The notes below the pieces were generated by a model. It did no database searches, was not told the origin of the DNA, and worked only from the letters and a program-made list of their open reading frames with translations. Below, piece by piece: positions 50,450-59,434 of a DNA stretch of 64,000 nucleotides. Each line of letters begins with the position of its first letter. Position 1 is the stretch's first letter. The position numbers and the translations under genes are program-made. The DNA is from Actinomycetes bacterium (GTDB taxonomy: Bacteria > Actinomycetota > Actinomycetes > Streptosporangiales > Streptosporangiaceae): positions 3,855 to 67,854 of the forward strand of contig JAOPYO010000237.1 of the NCBI GenBank assembly GCA_025964575.1, given 5' to 3'.

Positions 50450-51457
50450 TCAGCTCTGCGGCGGTAGTTCACCGGACCCGCGGACGATCAGCTTCACCGG
50501 AAGCACGACTCGCCGGGGCGGGCCGGTCTCCCCGTTGATCCGGTCGAACAGCAACTCGGCGGCCTGGTTCCCGAGCCGCTTGGGGTCTTGGTAGACGGCG
50601 GTGACCGGAGGGCTGAGCGATTCGGCGCCTTGGAAGTCGTCGAAGCTGATGTGCGCGATGTCGGTGCGCCCGCTCAGGTGCAGAGCGCGGATCACGCCCA
50701 GGGAGGTCTTCGCGTCCGCCGACAGCACCGCTGTCGGACCCAAATCGGCCTCCAGCAGCTTCACCAACCAGGCGGTGGAGTTCTGCTGCCCCATCCCGTC
50801 GAACTGGACCAGCCGCTCGTCGACAGCGAGCCCGGCGTCCAGCATGGCCGCCCGGAAACCCTGATACCGCAGCCTGGTCGTGTAGATGTGCGACCGGTAG
50901 CCGACGAAGGCGATGCGGCGGTGGCCGTGCTCGATCAGATGTCTGGTCGCCATCCGGCTGCCGTTCTCGTTGTCCGCGAGCACGGTGTCGGAGTCATGCT
51001 GGATCGGCGGGCGGTCGACAAAGACGGCGGGGAGCCGCGGTGCCGTCTGATTGAGGTAGGAGTGGTCGCCCGAAGTCGGGATGATCATCAGTCCGGCGAC
51101 ACTGCGGTTCGTCAGCCCGCTGACCGCGACCCGTTCGTTTTCGGGGGCGTAGCCAGAACTGGTGATGATGACGAACATGCCACGCTCGCGGGCGGCCTCC
51201 TCGACCGCGCCGATCACTTCGGCGAAGAAGGGGTCCGCGATGTTCTCCACCACCAGGCCGATGGCGTCGTCCCGGCCTAAGCGCAGCGAACGAGCCACCG
51301 GATTCGGGCGGTACCCGAGTTCCCGGATCGCCACCTGAACACGCTTTGCGGTGGCGGGCGCGACCCCGGGATCATCGTTGATGACCCGGGAGACTGTCTT
51401 CGGGCTCACCCCGGCGAGCACCGATACGTCCCGCAGTGTGGGCCGGCGGGACATCAT
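50450..51457 (-). CDS. LacI family transcriptional regulator
   Basis: PTLRDVSVLAGVSPKTVSRVIND is the HTH, followed by a periplasmic-binding-fold effector domain. The ATG overlaps the pfkB-family stop (ATGA). Confidence 0.9.
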   Translation of the reverse strand: MMSRRPTLRDVSVLAGVSPKTVSRVINDDPGVAPATAKRVQVAIRELGYRPNPVARSLRLGRDDAIGLVVENIADPFFAEVIGAVEEAARERGMFVIITSSGYAPENERVAVSGLTNRSVAGLMIIPTSGDHSYLNQTAPRLPAVFVDRPPIQHDSDTVLADNENGSRMATRHLIEHGHRRIAFVGYRSHIYTTRLRYQGFRAAMLDAGLAVDERLVQFDGMGQQNSTAWLVKLLEADLGPTAVLSADAKTSLGVIRALHLSGRTDIAHISFDDFQGAESLSPPVTAVYQDPKRLGNQAAELLFDRINGETGPPRRVVLPVKLIVRGSGELPPQS

Positions 51458-52455
51458 GCCCCCATTCGTGCGGCTGAGTCGGCGGCCAGATCACGTTCCG
51501 TGCGGGCCGTGCCGGCCAGGAGCGCCGCGATCTGCCTTGCCCGTTCGGGGTCGACCCCGCCGGCGAGTTCCTGCTCGACGGAGGCGGTGGCCGTGGCGAC
51601 CGCGAAGATGACGGCGTCGACCCCGGTCGTGCCCGCTTCCAGCGCCTCCACCAGACCGCCGACGAACGAGTCGCCCGCTCCGATGGGGTTGACGACCCGC
51701 ACCGGGACCGTGGGCACCCAGAACACCTCCTGGGCGTCGCCGAAGGCGGTCCCGGCCGCTCCGGCGGTCACCGCCGCCGAGCGGGCGCCACGGTCGCACA
51801 GTTCCTTGACCGCGGCACAGGCGCGCAGCGGGACATCGTCGCCGGTCTCGGCCACCGCCTCATCGGAATGTCCCCAGAGGACACCCTCGGCCTCGGCCAG
51901 GTTCGGCGTGACGACGTCGGGGTGAGCGCCCAGCACCCCGGCCAGCGCCGTACGCGCCGCGTCGACCACCACGCTCACCCCGGCGCGGTGTGCGATGGCG
52001 ACGAGGCGACCGTATCCGGAGTCGGGCACGCCGGGGGGCATGCTCCCCGAGCACACCAGCGTCCGGTGCCGACCAGCAGCCAGCTCATCGGCCACCATCT
52101 GCTCGTAGCGGTGCCAGGCGTCGGCGGGAATCTCCGGCCCCGGCTCGTTGAGCACGGTCACCCGGCCGGAGTCCTCCAGATAGATGGAGGCCACCCGTAC
52201 CTCGCCGGCGACGGGGACTCCGATGAACTCCACCGGTTCGACGGCGAAGAGCCGGGCGAGCCAGGCGGCGTCGGTCTCCGGCTGGAAGCTCATCAGCGTG
52301 GCCGGCGGTCCGAACGCCGCGGCCACGCGGCCGACGTTGAGACCCTTGCCGCCCGCGGTCACTGCCGCGCGGGACGGCCGTAGCACGCTCCCTGGCCGCA
52401 GTTCAGGCAGCCGGAGTGTCCGGTCCACCGTGATGTTGGGGGTCGCGATGAGCAA
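51454..52455 (-). CDS. PfkB family hexose-phosphate kinase (1-phosphofructokinase/tagatose-6-phosphate kinase-like)
   Basis: TTG start lies 6 nt after GGAGGGA. MLIATPNITVDRT, TAGGKGLNV and the C-terminal NPIGAGDSFVGG are present. Confidence 0.85.
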   Translation of the reverse strand: MLIATPNITVDRTLRLPELRPGSVLRPSRAAVTAGGKGLNVGRVAAAFGPPATLMSFQPETDAAWLARLFAVEPVEFIGVPVAGEVRVASIYLEDSGRVTVLNEPGPEIPADAWHRYEQMVADELAAGRHRTLVCSGSMPPGVPDSGYGRLVAIAHRAGVSVVVDAARTALAGVLGAHPDVVTPNLAEAEGVLWGHSDEAVAETGDDVPLRACAAVKELCDRGARSAAVTAGAAGTAFGDAQEVFWVPTVPVRVVNPIGAGDSFVGGLVEALEAGTTGVDAVIFAVATATASVEQELAGGVDPERARQIAALLAGTARTERDLAADSAARMGA

Positions 52456-52482
52456 GGGTCCCTCCAGGTCGGAAATCGATGT

Positions 52483-53142
52483 CTAAAGGCTCGTGACATC
52501 GTTGTCAACGATACCGGTCACGTATTCGTGGAACGTGCCCAGCAGGACCGCTGTGACCTGATCCACAACGGCCGCCGTGGTGTCCACGGGGATGTGCGGC
52601 ACCGCTGGTGGATCGGTCACACCGGAGGCCAGAAACGCGTCGAGGTCGGCCAGCTTGCGCCGGTCGCGTGCCGCGCCGCGAGTTGTGAGGCGGCGCACGA
52701 GCTCGTCGGGTGGGCAGTCGGCCCAGACGAGCACGACGCCGCCCGGCGGGTGCAGACGCGCGACGAGCTTCAGCCAGGCGGCCGGGTCGGACCGCTCGGC
52801 GGTGAAGGGCGCCACCAGCACCACCGGGACATCGGCCGCCAGGCATCCCTCGGCGGTGTGGAGGAGCGCGTCGTAGGTCGCCTGGCGCGTCGCGGAGCGC
52901 ACCCGCGGGTCGTCGAGATCGCCGGGCGCCGCCCCTACCAGCTCGGCGACCACCGCTGTGAGCGGTCCGGTGAGAACGTCCTGGTCGAGCAGGGCCGCAT
53001 GGATCCGCCGGGACAGCGCCGCCCCGAGCACGCTCTTACCGCTGGCCGGCGCTCCGGCCACGACGTACGCCCGGACCGGCCCACGTGACCGCCGCCGCAC
53101 CCTGTCCTCGGATCCGTGTTCCTGACGCCCGGCGCTGTTCAC
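52483..53142 (-). CDS. P-loop kinase (AAA_33/gluconokinase-like fold), substrate unknown
   Basis: GTG at 53142 overlaps the upstream TGA (GTGA). The Walker A motif is GAPASGKS. It is about 220 aa with no other domain. Confidence 0.7.
   Translation of the reverse strand: MNSAGRQEHGSEDRVRRRSRGPVRAYVVAGAPASGKSVLGAALSRRIHAALLDQDVLTGPLTAVVAELVGAAPGDLDDPRVRSATRQATYDALLHTAEGCLAADVPVVLVAPFTAERSDPAAWLKLVARLHPPGGVVLVWADCPPDELVRRLTTRGAARDRRKLADLDAFLASGVTDPPAVPHIPVDTTAAVVDQVTAVLLGTFHEYVTGIVDNDVTSL
52494..52507. promoter_or_regulatory. LacI-type operator-like palindrome TGACATCGTTGTCA (internal copy)
   Basis: This 14-mer is identical to the one at 60858-60871. It lies in the last codons of the P-loop kinase gene, 39 nt upstream of the pfkB-family start. 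Confidence 0.6.
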
Positions 53143-54161
53143 GGCGTGACCTGTCCTCCGTACGACTCGTACCAGTCGGCGGGCATGGCGGCCGCCGCGG
53201 TGCCGACCGAGACCCATTCGGCCCACGGCCGACCGTGTGCCCGGACGATCCCGTTCAGCGTGGCGAGCCGCTCACCCGCCTGGGCCACCGACTTACGCCG
53301 CTGTGCCTCTGGCAGATGGCCCACCGCGTCGCCCCAGATCGCCCGTCCGGCGATGTATCCGCTCGCCCCCGCCTGTGCGGTGATCTCTATTTGAACCGCG
53401 AAGTCCTCGTATCCTGCGCCCTCGCTGAGCAAGACCCAGGGAACGTCGATGGCGGCGTCGAGTTCGCGGGCCGCGGCGGTGGCTGATGCGCGGTCCGCGG
53501 CCGACTCGATCGAACCGGGAAACTGCACCTTGAGTATGTCGGCGCCCAGGTTCGCGAACTCCGCCGCCGCGGCGACGATGGCGTCCGCGCGGCGGCCTCG
53601 CATCGCGGGTTCGGCGAGGTCCTCGCCCTCGAGGGGGTACCAGATCGGCTCGACGATCAGTGGCAGCTGGAGTTCCCGGCAGGACGCGACCAGGTCGGCC
53701 ACCAGCTTGCGCTGTCCGGCGGCGATTTCGTCGAGTTCGGTGCGGTAGAAGACGAAGAGCTTCACCCCGTCGGCACCGATCTTCGCGATCTTCTCCAGGG
53801 TCCAGTCCGGACGTAGTTTCGTCTCCAGGCGCCAGCCGCCCGGCGTATAGCCGAGCTGTTCGATCGGGGCCACCAGGCCTACTGAGCCGGGCAGCGCACG
53901 GGTCGCGATCGCCTGCCCCAGCGACCACATCGGGTCGACGAGCAGTGCGGACGCATGCCGCGACAATTCGGCCACCAGCTCCAGCTTGGAGGCCACCACG
54001 GTCTCGTGCGGGACGCGGGAGATGTCTTTGTCGAACAGCTCCAGGTAGTTCTCCGGGTGGTCGATCGCGGCGATGAGAAAGAAGCCGTCCTCGCTGGCGA
54101 GACGGGTCAGCCTGCGTACCGTGCCGAGCCGCTGGAGATCGACGGCGGGCTCTGGATTCAT
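53139..54161 (-). CDS. LacD/YihT-family class I aldolase-like protein (divergent N-terminal motif)
   Basis: ATG at 54161. IAAIDHPENY stands where LacD has DQRG. ADILKVQFPG (candidate Schiff-base Lys) and GYIAGRAIWGDAV are present, plus a ~40-aa C-terminal extension. Confidence 0.7.
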   Translation of the reverse strand: MNPEPAVDLQRLGTVRRLTRLASEDGFFLIAAIDHPENYLELFDKDISRVPHETVVASKLELVAELSRHASALLVDPMWSLGQAIATRALPGSVGLVAPIEQLGYTPGGWRLETKLRPDWTLEKIAKIGADGVKLFVFYRTELDEIAAGQRKLVADLVASCRELQLPLIVEPIWYPLEGEDLAEPAMRGRRADAIVAAAAEFANLGADILKVQFPGSIESAADRASATAAARELDAAIDVPWVLLSEGAGYEDFAVQIEITAQAGASGYIAGRAIWGDAVGHLPEAQRRKSVAQAGERLATLNGIVRAHGRPWAEWVSVGTAAAAMPADWYESYGGQVTP

Positions 54162-54200
54162 GTCGCGCCCTTCTGCGGTGATGCGGTTGGCGGATGGTGC

Positions 54201-54231
54201 GGTGCCGGGCCCGGCCCGCAGGCCCGGCACC
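54201..54231 (-). promoter_or_regulatory. Intercistronic stem-loop after the solute-binding-protein gene
   Basis: GGTGCCGGGCC-cggcccgca-GGCCCGGCACC is a perfect 11-bp stem with no U tract on the coding (minus) strand. Confidence 0.5.
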
Positions 54232-54246
54232 GTGCTGCCGGGTGGG

Positions 54247-55257
54247 TCAGCACTTGTCCTTGTAGATGTACTTGTTGACCGCGGGGTCGTTGATGTTGTC
54301 CTTGGTCACGATGAGCGATTCGGTGGCGATGCTCGCCTGCACCGGCTTGCCCTCCAGCGCGTTGGCGGCCTGCTCGACTCCCTGAACGCCGATGTCGTAC
54401 GGCTTCTGCGCGACCAGGGCCTGCACGTCACCCGCTTGCAGCTGCTTGATCTGGTCCGGGCCCGCGTCGAAGCCGACCACCTTGACCTTTCCTCCCTTGC
54501 CGGCCGCCCGGATGCCCGTCGAGGTGCCCTGGGCGGAGAACAGGTTGGTGGCGAAGACGCCCACCAGGTCGGGGGTGCGCTGCAGCTCCGCCTGGACGAT
54601 CTTCGCGGCTTCCTGCGGCGAGTTGTGCGAGTACTGTGTGGCGGCGGCCAGCGTGAAGTTCGGGTACTTGGTCTTGACCGCCTCCTCGAAGCCGGCCACC
54701 CGGGCGTCCACCGAGGACACCCCGGGGTCGGTCGAGATGACCAGCACCTTGCCCTTCGCTCCGTTCATGAGCGTGTTCAGCGCCTCGGCCGCCTTTGCCC
54801 CACCCAGCTTGTTGTCGGTGGCGATGCGGGAGGCGCCGATGGTGGTGTCAGTGACCGTGGTGTCGACGAGCACCACCTTGCTGCCCGCGTCCTGGATCCG
54901 CTTCAGCGGTGTGGCGGAGGCCTTGACGTCGTTGGGTGCCACCAGCAGCGCGGCCGGCTTGGCCGCGCCAACCGCGTCGAGCAGCGGGTTCTGCAGCGTC
55001 GCGTCGAACTTGTCCGGACCCTGCACCTGCAGGTTGACGCCGAGAGCCTTGGCCTTCTCCTTGGCCCCGCATTCCATCGAGACGTAGAACGGGTCGCCCT
55101 TGACGCCGACCATGAGCACGAACTTCTTGCCGGAGACCCCGCCGGTGGTCGATCCCGAGCCGGAAGTGGAACCCGAATCGGAATTCCCCCCGCACGCGGC
55201 CAGGAACAGCAGACCGGCGGTGATCGTCGTGCCCATCACGGTTCTGTGCATTCTCAT
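54247..55257 (-). CDS. ABC sugar transporter substrate-binding lipoprotein (RbsB/FrcB type, PBP type I)
   Basis: The lipobox is LLFLAACGG, with a Ser/Gly linker and a typical ribose-binding-protein-like fold sequence (KFVLMVGVKGDPFY...VVLVDTTV). Confidence 0.9.
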   Translation of the reverse strand: MRMHRTVMGTTITAGLLFLAACGGNSDSGSTSGSGSTTGGVSGKKFVLMVGVKGDPFYVSMECGAKEKAKALGVNLQVQGPDKFDATLQNPLLDAVGAAKPAALLVAPNDVKASATPLKRIQDAGSKVVLVDTTVTDTTIGASRIATDNKLGGAKAAEALNTLMNGAKGKVLVISTDPGVSSVDARVAGFEEAVKTKYPNFTLAAATQYSHNSPQEAAKIVQAELQRTPDLVGVFATNLFSAQGTSTGIRAAGKGGKVKVVGFDAGPDQIKQLQAGDVQALVAQKPYDIGVQGVEQAANALEGKPVQASIATESLIVTKDNINDPAVNKYIYKDKC

Positions 55258-55314
55258 GACACCCTCCTCAAGGTGTGGCGGTGAACTGCGGTGGATGAGG
55301 TGGTGGTGCGGATA

Positions 55315-56376
55315 TCAGCTGCGGTCGCGGGAGCGCCGCCGCAACTGGTCGAACCAGACGGCCGCGATGAGGACGAAGCCCACCGCGACGTCCTGCCAGT
55401 AGGGCTGGACCCCGACGATGACGAAGCCGTTCTTCAGCACCGCCGGAATCCAGACGCCGATGAGGGTGCCCACGATCGAGCCGACACCGCCGAACAGGCT
55501 GGTGCCGCCCAAGGCCACCGCGGTGATGGCCTGCAGGTTGTCGGTGGAGTGCCCGCCGACACTGGTGGTACCGAAATAGGCCAGCGACAGGAACCCGGCG
55601 AAGCCGGCCGCCGTCCCCCCGATGATGTAGATCTTGAGCAGATGCCGTTCGACGTTGATCCCCGCGCGGCGCGCCGCCTCCGGGTTGGATCCGATGGCGA
55701 ACGTGTGCCGTCCGAACACCGCCATGTGCAGCAGTACGTAGCCGCCGATGACCGTGAGCAGCGCGATCGGGATCAGATTGGGCACACCCGCGATCAACGA
55801 GCCGTGCCCGACCGGGTCCAGCGCGTAGGTCGCCGTGTTCACCCCGTTCTGCAGGATCAGCGCCATGCCCAGACCGGCGCCGAGCGTGCCCAAGGTGGCC
55901 AGCAGAGGCGGCACCTTCAGGTAGGCGACCACGACCCCGTTGATGGTGCCGATGATCAGTCCGGCCACCAGTGCCCCGGCCAGCGCCACCAGGATGTAGA
56001 ACGCACTGGTCTTGTCGGCCGTGACGTCCGCCGCGGTCGTCCCGGGACCGGTGCTTATCAGCTTGAGGGCCTGCACGGCGAAAACTTCGCCCAGGACGAT
56101 GCCACTGGGAATGGACAGGTCCACACCCGCCGTGATGACCACGAACGTCGTGCCGACGCTGACCACGGTCAGAATCGCGACGTTCTGGGCCAGCTGCACG
56201 AAGTTGCTGCTCTGGGTGAACAGCCCGGGTGCCAGGAGGGAGAAGGTCGCAATGATCAGCAGCAGCACGGTGAACGTCACGATCGACGGGTTGCGAACGA
56301 TCGTGCGCACCACCGACTCGCGCGGGGTCAACATTTCTTGGGCCTGCGGCGAGCTCGGCTCTGTCTCTAGGCTCAT
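55315..56376 (-). CDS. ABC sugar transporter permease (RbsC/FrcC type)
   Basis: 353 aa and about 10 TM helices, with the conserved GGTSLFGGVGSIVGT block. Confidence 0.9.
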   Translation of the reverse strand: MSLETEPSSPQAQEMLTPRESVVRTIVRNPSIVTFTVLLLIIATFSLLAPGLFTQSSNFVQLAQNVAILTVVSVGTTFVVITAGVDLSIPSGIVLGEVFAVQALKLISTGPGTTAADVTADKTSAFYILVALAGALVAGLIIGTINGVVVAYLKVPPLLATLGTLGAGLGMALILQNGVNTATYALDPVGHGSLIAGVPNLIPIALLTVIGGYVLLHMAVFGRHTFAIGSNPEAARRAGINVERHLLKIYIIGGTAAGFAGFLSLAYFGTTSVGGHSTDNLQAITAVALGGTSLFGGVGSIVGTLIGVWIPAVLKNGFVIVGVQPYWQDVAVGFVLIAAVWFDQLRRRSRDRS

Positions 56377-57149
56377 GGTGCCACCTCGTTCGTGAACGCC
56401 CCGGAGATCGCGGCGATCAGACGGTCGACGTCGGTTTCGCCGCGGCGGAACCGGGCGACCCGGACGCCCAGGCGCAGCACTTCGATGCGGTCGGCGACCT
56501 GCAGCACCTCGGGAAGGTTGTGGGAGACGAGCACGACAGCGATGCCCCGGTCACGGATGTTCTGGACCAGTTCCAGTACCTTCGCCGTCTGGATGACGCC
56601 GAGCGCGGCGGTCGGCTCGTCCATGATGATCACTTCTGTCGCCCACATGGCCGCCCGCGCGATGGCCACGGACTGCTTCTGGCCGCCGGAGAACGCCGCG
56701 ACCGGTGCCCGCATGTCCTGCACCAGACCGACGCCCATGTCGCTGAACGCGGCGGCGGTCCGCCGTCGCATCTCCGGGTGGTCGTGCAGGAAACCCCAGC
56801 GGCGCACCTCACGGCCGAGGAAGACGTTCGCCGCCGCGTCCAGGTCGGGGGCGAGTGCGAGATCCTGATAGACGGTCTCGATTCCCCGGTTCTTGGCGTC
56901 GTGCGGGTCCGTCAGGCGAACCGCGGCACCGTTGATGCGCACCTCGCCCTCGTCCGGCGCCTGCACCCCGGACAGGATCTTGATGAGGGTGGATTTGCCC
57001 GCCCCGTTGTCACCGACCAGCGCGGTGACCTCGCCAGGGAACGCCTCGAACGAGGCGCTGCGCAAGGCCCGCACCTGCCCGAAGCTCTTCACCACGTTGG
57101 ACGTGCTCAGCGCGGGCACAGCGCCGTTGCCGTCCGCATCGCCGGTCAT
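56373..57149 (-). CDS. ABC sugar transporter ATP-binding protein (single cassette, FrcA type)
   Basis: Walker A GDNGAGKST, signature FSGGQKQ, Walker B IIMDEPTAAL. Both ends overlap their neighbours with ATGA. Confidence 0.9.
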   Translation of the reverse strand: MTGDADGNGAVPALSTSNVVKSFGQVRALRSASFEAFPGEVTALVGDNGAGKSTLIKILSGVQAPDEGEVRINGAAVRLTDPHDAKNRGIETVYQDLALAPDLDAAANVFLGREVRRWGFLHDHPEMRRRTAAAFSDMGVGLVQDMRAPVAAFSGGQKQSVAIARAAMWATEVIIMDEPTAALGVIQTAKVLELVQNIRDRGIAVVLVSHNLPEVLQVADRIEVLRLGVRVARFRRGETDVDRLIAAISGAFTNEVAP

Positions 57150-58051
57150 CGTCCCCCGACCTCACGCCAGGACGGACCGTGGCCTTCGATCGCCGTATTG
57201 AGGGCCGTCATCCGCTCCAGCGCCGTGGTCCGCAGGAAGTCCCGCCGCTCCTCCCCGAGGAGCGTCACGGCCTCGCCCCAGAACGCGCGCCCGGCGATGT
57301 ACCCGCACGCCCCCGCGTCCATCGCGGTGAGTACCCGCTCGACGAACTGGTCGTACTTCACGCCGGCTGAGAGCAGCGCCCATGGCACGTTCCCGCAGAC
57401 CTTGCTGGTCTCGAGGCAGCCGTCCTCGTCGCCCGGCCACTCCAGCTTCAGCAGGTCCGGACCCAGTTCGGCCAGCAGTTCCGCAGACCGGATGACCATC
57501 TTCTTCTGCTGTTCGGCGGAGAACGGGTCCTCGGTCGGCAGATGTGTCACCAGTGGCTCGATGACCGACGGAATGCCGTGCTCGCGGCAGTCGGCGATGA
57601 CGGCCGAGACCGCGTCGAGGGCCTCCTGTGCCAGATCGGGCTCGCCGGAGATCACGGGGCGGTCGGGCCGCCAGCGGACCAGGAACTTCAGTGCCACGCC
57701 ACCGTTGCCGCTCACGAAGGCCGGACCGCGGTCGGCACCTGAGTACTCCGTCCGCTGCTCACCGTTCCAGACCGGCTGCGGTGACCGCTCGCTCGAGATG
57801 AGCAGTCCCGCGGACTGGTCGAGCGCACCGGCGGCCCGCACCGGACCGACGCCGTACTCGACATCGGTGAGCACCCCGGAGGCCAGCGGCGAGAGGGCAC
57901 TGATCACGTCCACCTTGAAAGCGCTCAGGTCCTCGTCGGCCGACGGCCGACCGGCCTTGTCGAGCATTCTGCGCAAGGTTCCTCGCTGGTCCATGGCGAG
58001 GATGGCGAACTTTCCCGCGTCGTCAGCGATCCGATCCAGACTGAAGGACAT
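57146..58051 (-). CDS. LacD/YihT-family class I aldolase (tagatose-1,6-bisphosphate aldolase-like)
   Basis: ILAMDQRGTL (LacD has ALAFDQRG), DLLKLEWPG and GYIAGRAFWGEAV are present. Confidence 0.8.
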   Translation of the reverse strand: MSFSLDRIADDAGKFAILAMDQRGTLRRMLDKAGRPSADEDLSAFKVDVISALSPLASGVLTDVEYGVGPVRAAGALDQSAGLLISSERSPQPVWNGEQRTEYSGADRGPAFVSGNGGVALKFLVRWRPDRPVISGEPDLAQEALDAVSAVIADCREHGIPSVIEPLVTHLPTEDPFSAEQQKKMVIRSAELLAELGPDLLKLEWPGDEDGCLETSKVCGNVPWALLSAGVKYDQFVERVLTAMDAGACGYIAGRAFWGEAVTLLGEERRDFLRTTALERMTALNTAIEGHGPSWREVGGR

Positions 58052-58057
58052 GTGGTG

Positions 58058-59434
58058 CTACCTCTCTATGCTGGGGCGGACTGCCCCTGGGTTTGGGTGA
58101 GTGGCCGCGGCCGGCAACGAAACACCGACGGCGGCCGCCGCCAGCAGCGCGGCACCGTAGGCGCCGAGTTCGGCGACGTCCGTGATGGTCATCGCTGGGT
58201 ACTGCCGGTGCTTGGCGGCGAGCAGAGCGGGGTTGTGCAGCCAGCCGCCCGCCGCGACGACCCGTTGGTAGGGGCCGACCAGTGCGTCGATGCGGGCCAA
58301 TACCCGCTCGGCGTCAGCGGTCAGGCCGTCCACCGCGGCACGCCAAAGCCGCGCCGGAGTGACACCATCGGTGATGCCGGCGAGACCGAAGTGCTTGTCC
58401 CGCGGGTCGACCAGCCGGAGCGTGGGGTGGTCTCCGGGCACGGCCAGCGCCTGCTCACCCAGCGCCATGCGATCGGCGCTGGAGGTCATGCCGAGCATCG
58501 TGGCGATCCGGTTGAGGGTCAGCCCCGTCGGCAGCCCGGCGAGGACACACAGATGATCGGCGACGACTCCCCAGCCCGCGGACATGCCTTGAGCGGTCAG
58601 TGCGCCGATGCGCTCGGGAGCCAATGGCGGAAGCACCGTACGGACCAGCGCCTCAGCCGTTCCCAATGAGTCGAACAGGGCGCCGTCGGCCGCGGCGCCG
58701 ACACCGTAGGCCGCGACCTGGTGATCGTGGCCGGCGACCGTCAGAACCGCCCCATGCAGAGTGGCAGGCACGCTGTCACCGCCGGCGCGACCGGCCGGAG
58801 TACCCGCCACCATCGGGTCGGGCAGCAGGGACGGCCAGCCGAGCAGACTGAGTGCCTCATCCCAGGGGCGGGCGCGCCTGAGCTCGAATACACCGGTCCG
58901 GCTGGCCAGCGACAGCTCCGTGACGGATTCGCCGCCGAGTCGGCGAACCACCCACTCGGCAACCGAGTAGAACCGGATGGCGTTCTTGGTGTCCGGGCGG
59001 TTCCGGCGCAGCCACAGCAGTTTGGCCAGTGACGGCATCGCGGTCAGCGGCAGGCCGGTGGTGGTCTGGAACGTCTCGGTGCCCAGTTCTCGTGCGATCG
59101 TGTCGACGTCGCCCCGCGGGTCGTGCCAGGCGATCGCGGAGGCCAGCGGCCGGTCCCGCCCGTCCACCAGCACCCCTGTCTCGGCCATTCCGGTGACACC
59201 GATCGCCAGCACCCGAGGATCGTGGTCGGCGCGTGCCCCGGCGGCGGCCGCGGCCTCCGCCGCCACGGTCTGGGCGAGTTGCACGAGGCTCATCGGATCG
59301 AGCTCTGACCGGCCTCCGCCACCGCGCCAGGGGGTGGACCGCTCCGATCCGCCACAGACCGTGCCCTGCGGGTCCACGGCGATCGCCTTGACCCGGGTGG
59401 TGCCGACGTCGATGCCGACGAACAGGTCGATCAC
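58058..59434 (-). CDS. FGGY family carbohydrate kinase
   Basis: GTG at 59434 overlaps the isomerase TGA (GTGA). LFVGIDVGTTRVKA and the C-terminal GGWLHNPALL...ELGAYGAALLAA are present. Confidence 0.85.
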   Translation of the reverse strand: MIDLFVGIDVGTTRVKAIAVDPQGTVCGGSERSTPWRGGGGRSELDPMSLVQLAQTVAAEAAAAAGARADHDPRVLAIGVTGMAETGVLVDGRDRPLASAIAWHDPRGDVDTIARELGTETFQTTTGLPLTAMPSLAKLLWLRRNRPDTKNAIRFYSVAEWVVRRLGGESVTELSLASRTGVFELRRARPWDEALSLLGWPSLLPDPMVAGTPAGRAGGDSVPATLHGAVLTVAGHDHQVAAYGVGAAADGALFDSLGTAEALVRTVLPPLAPERIGALTAQGMSAGWGVVADHLCVLAGLPTGLTLNRIATMLGMTSSADRMALGEQALAVPGDHPTLRLVDPRDKHFGLAGITDGVTPARLWRAAVDGLTADAERVLARIDALVGPYQRVVAAGGWLHNPALLAAKHRQYPAMTITDVAELGAYGAALLAAAAVGVSLPAAATHPNPGAVRPSIER

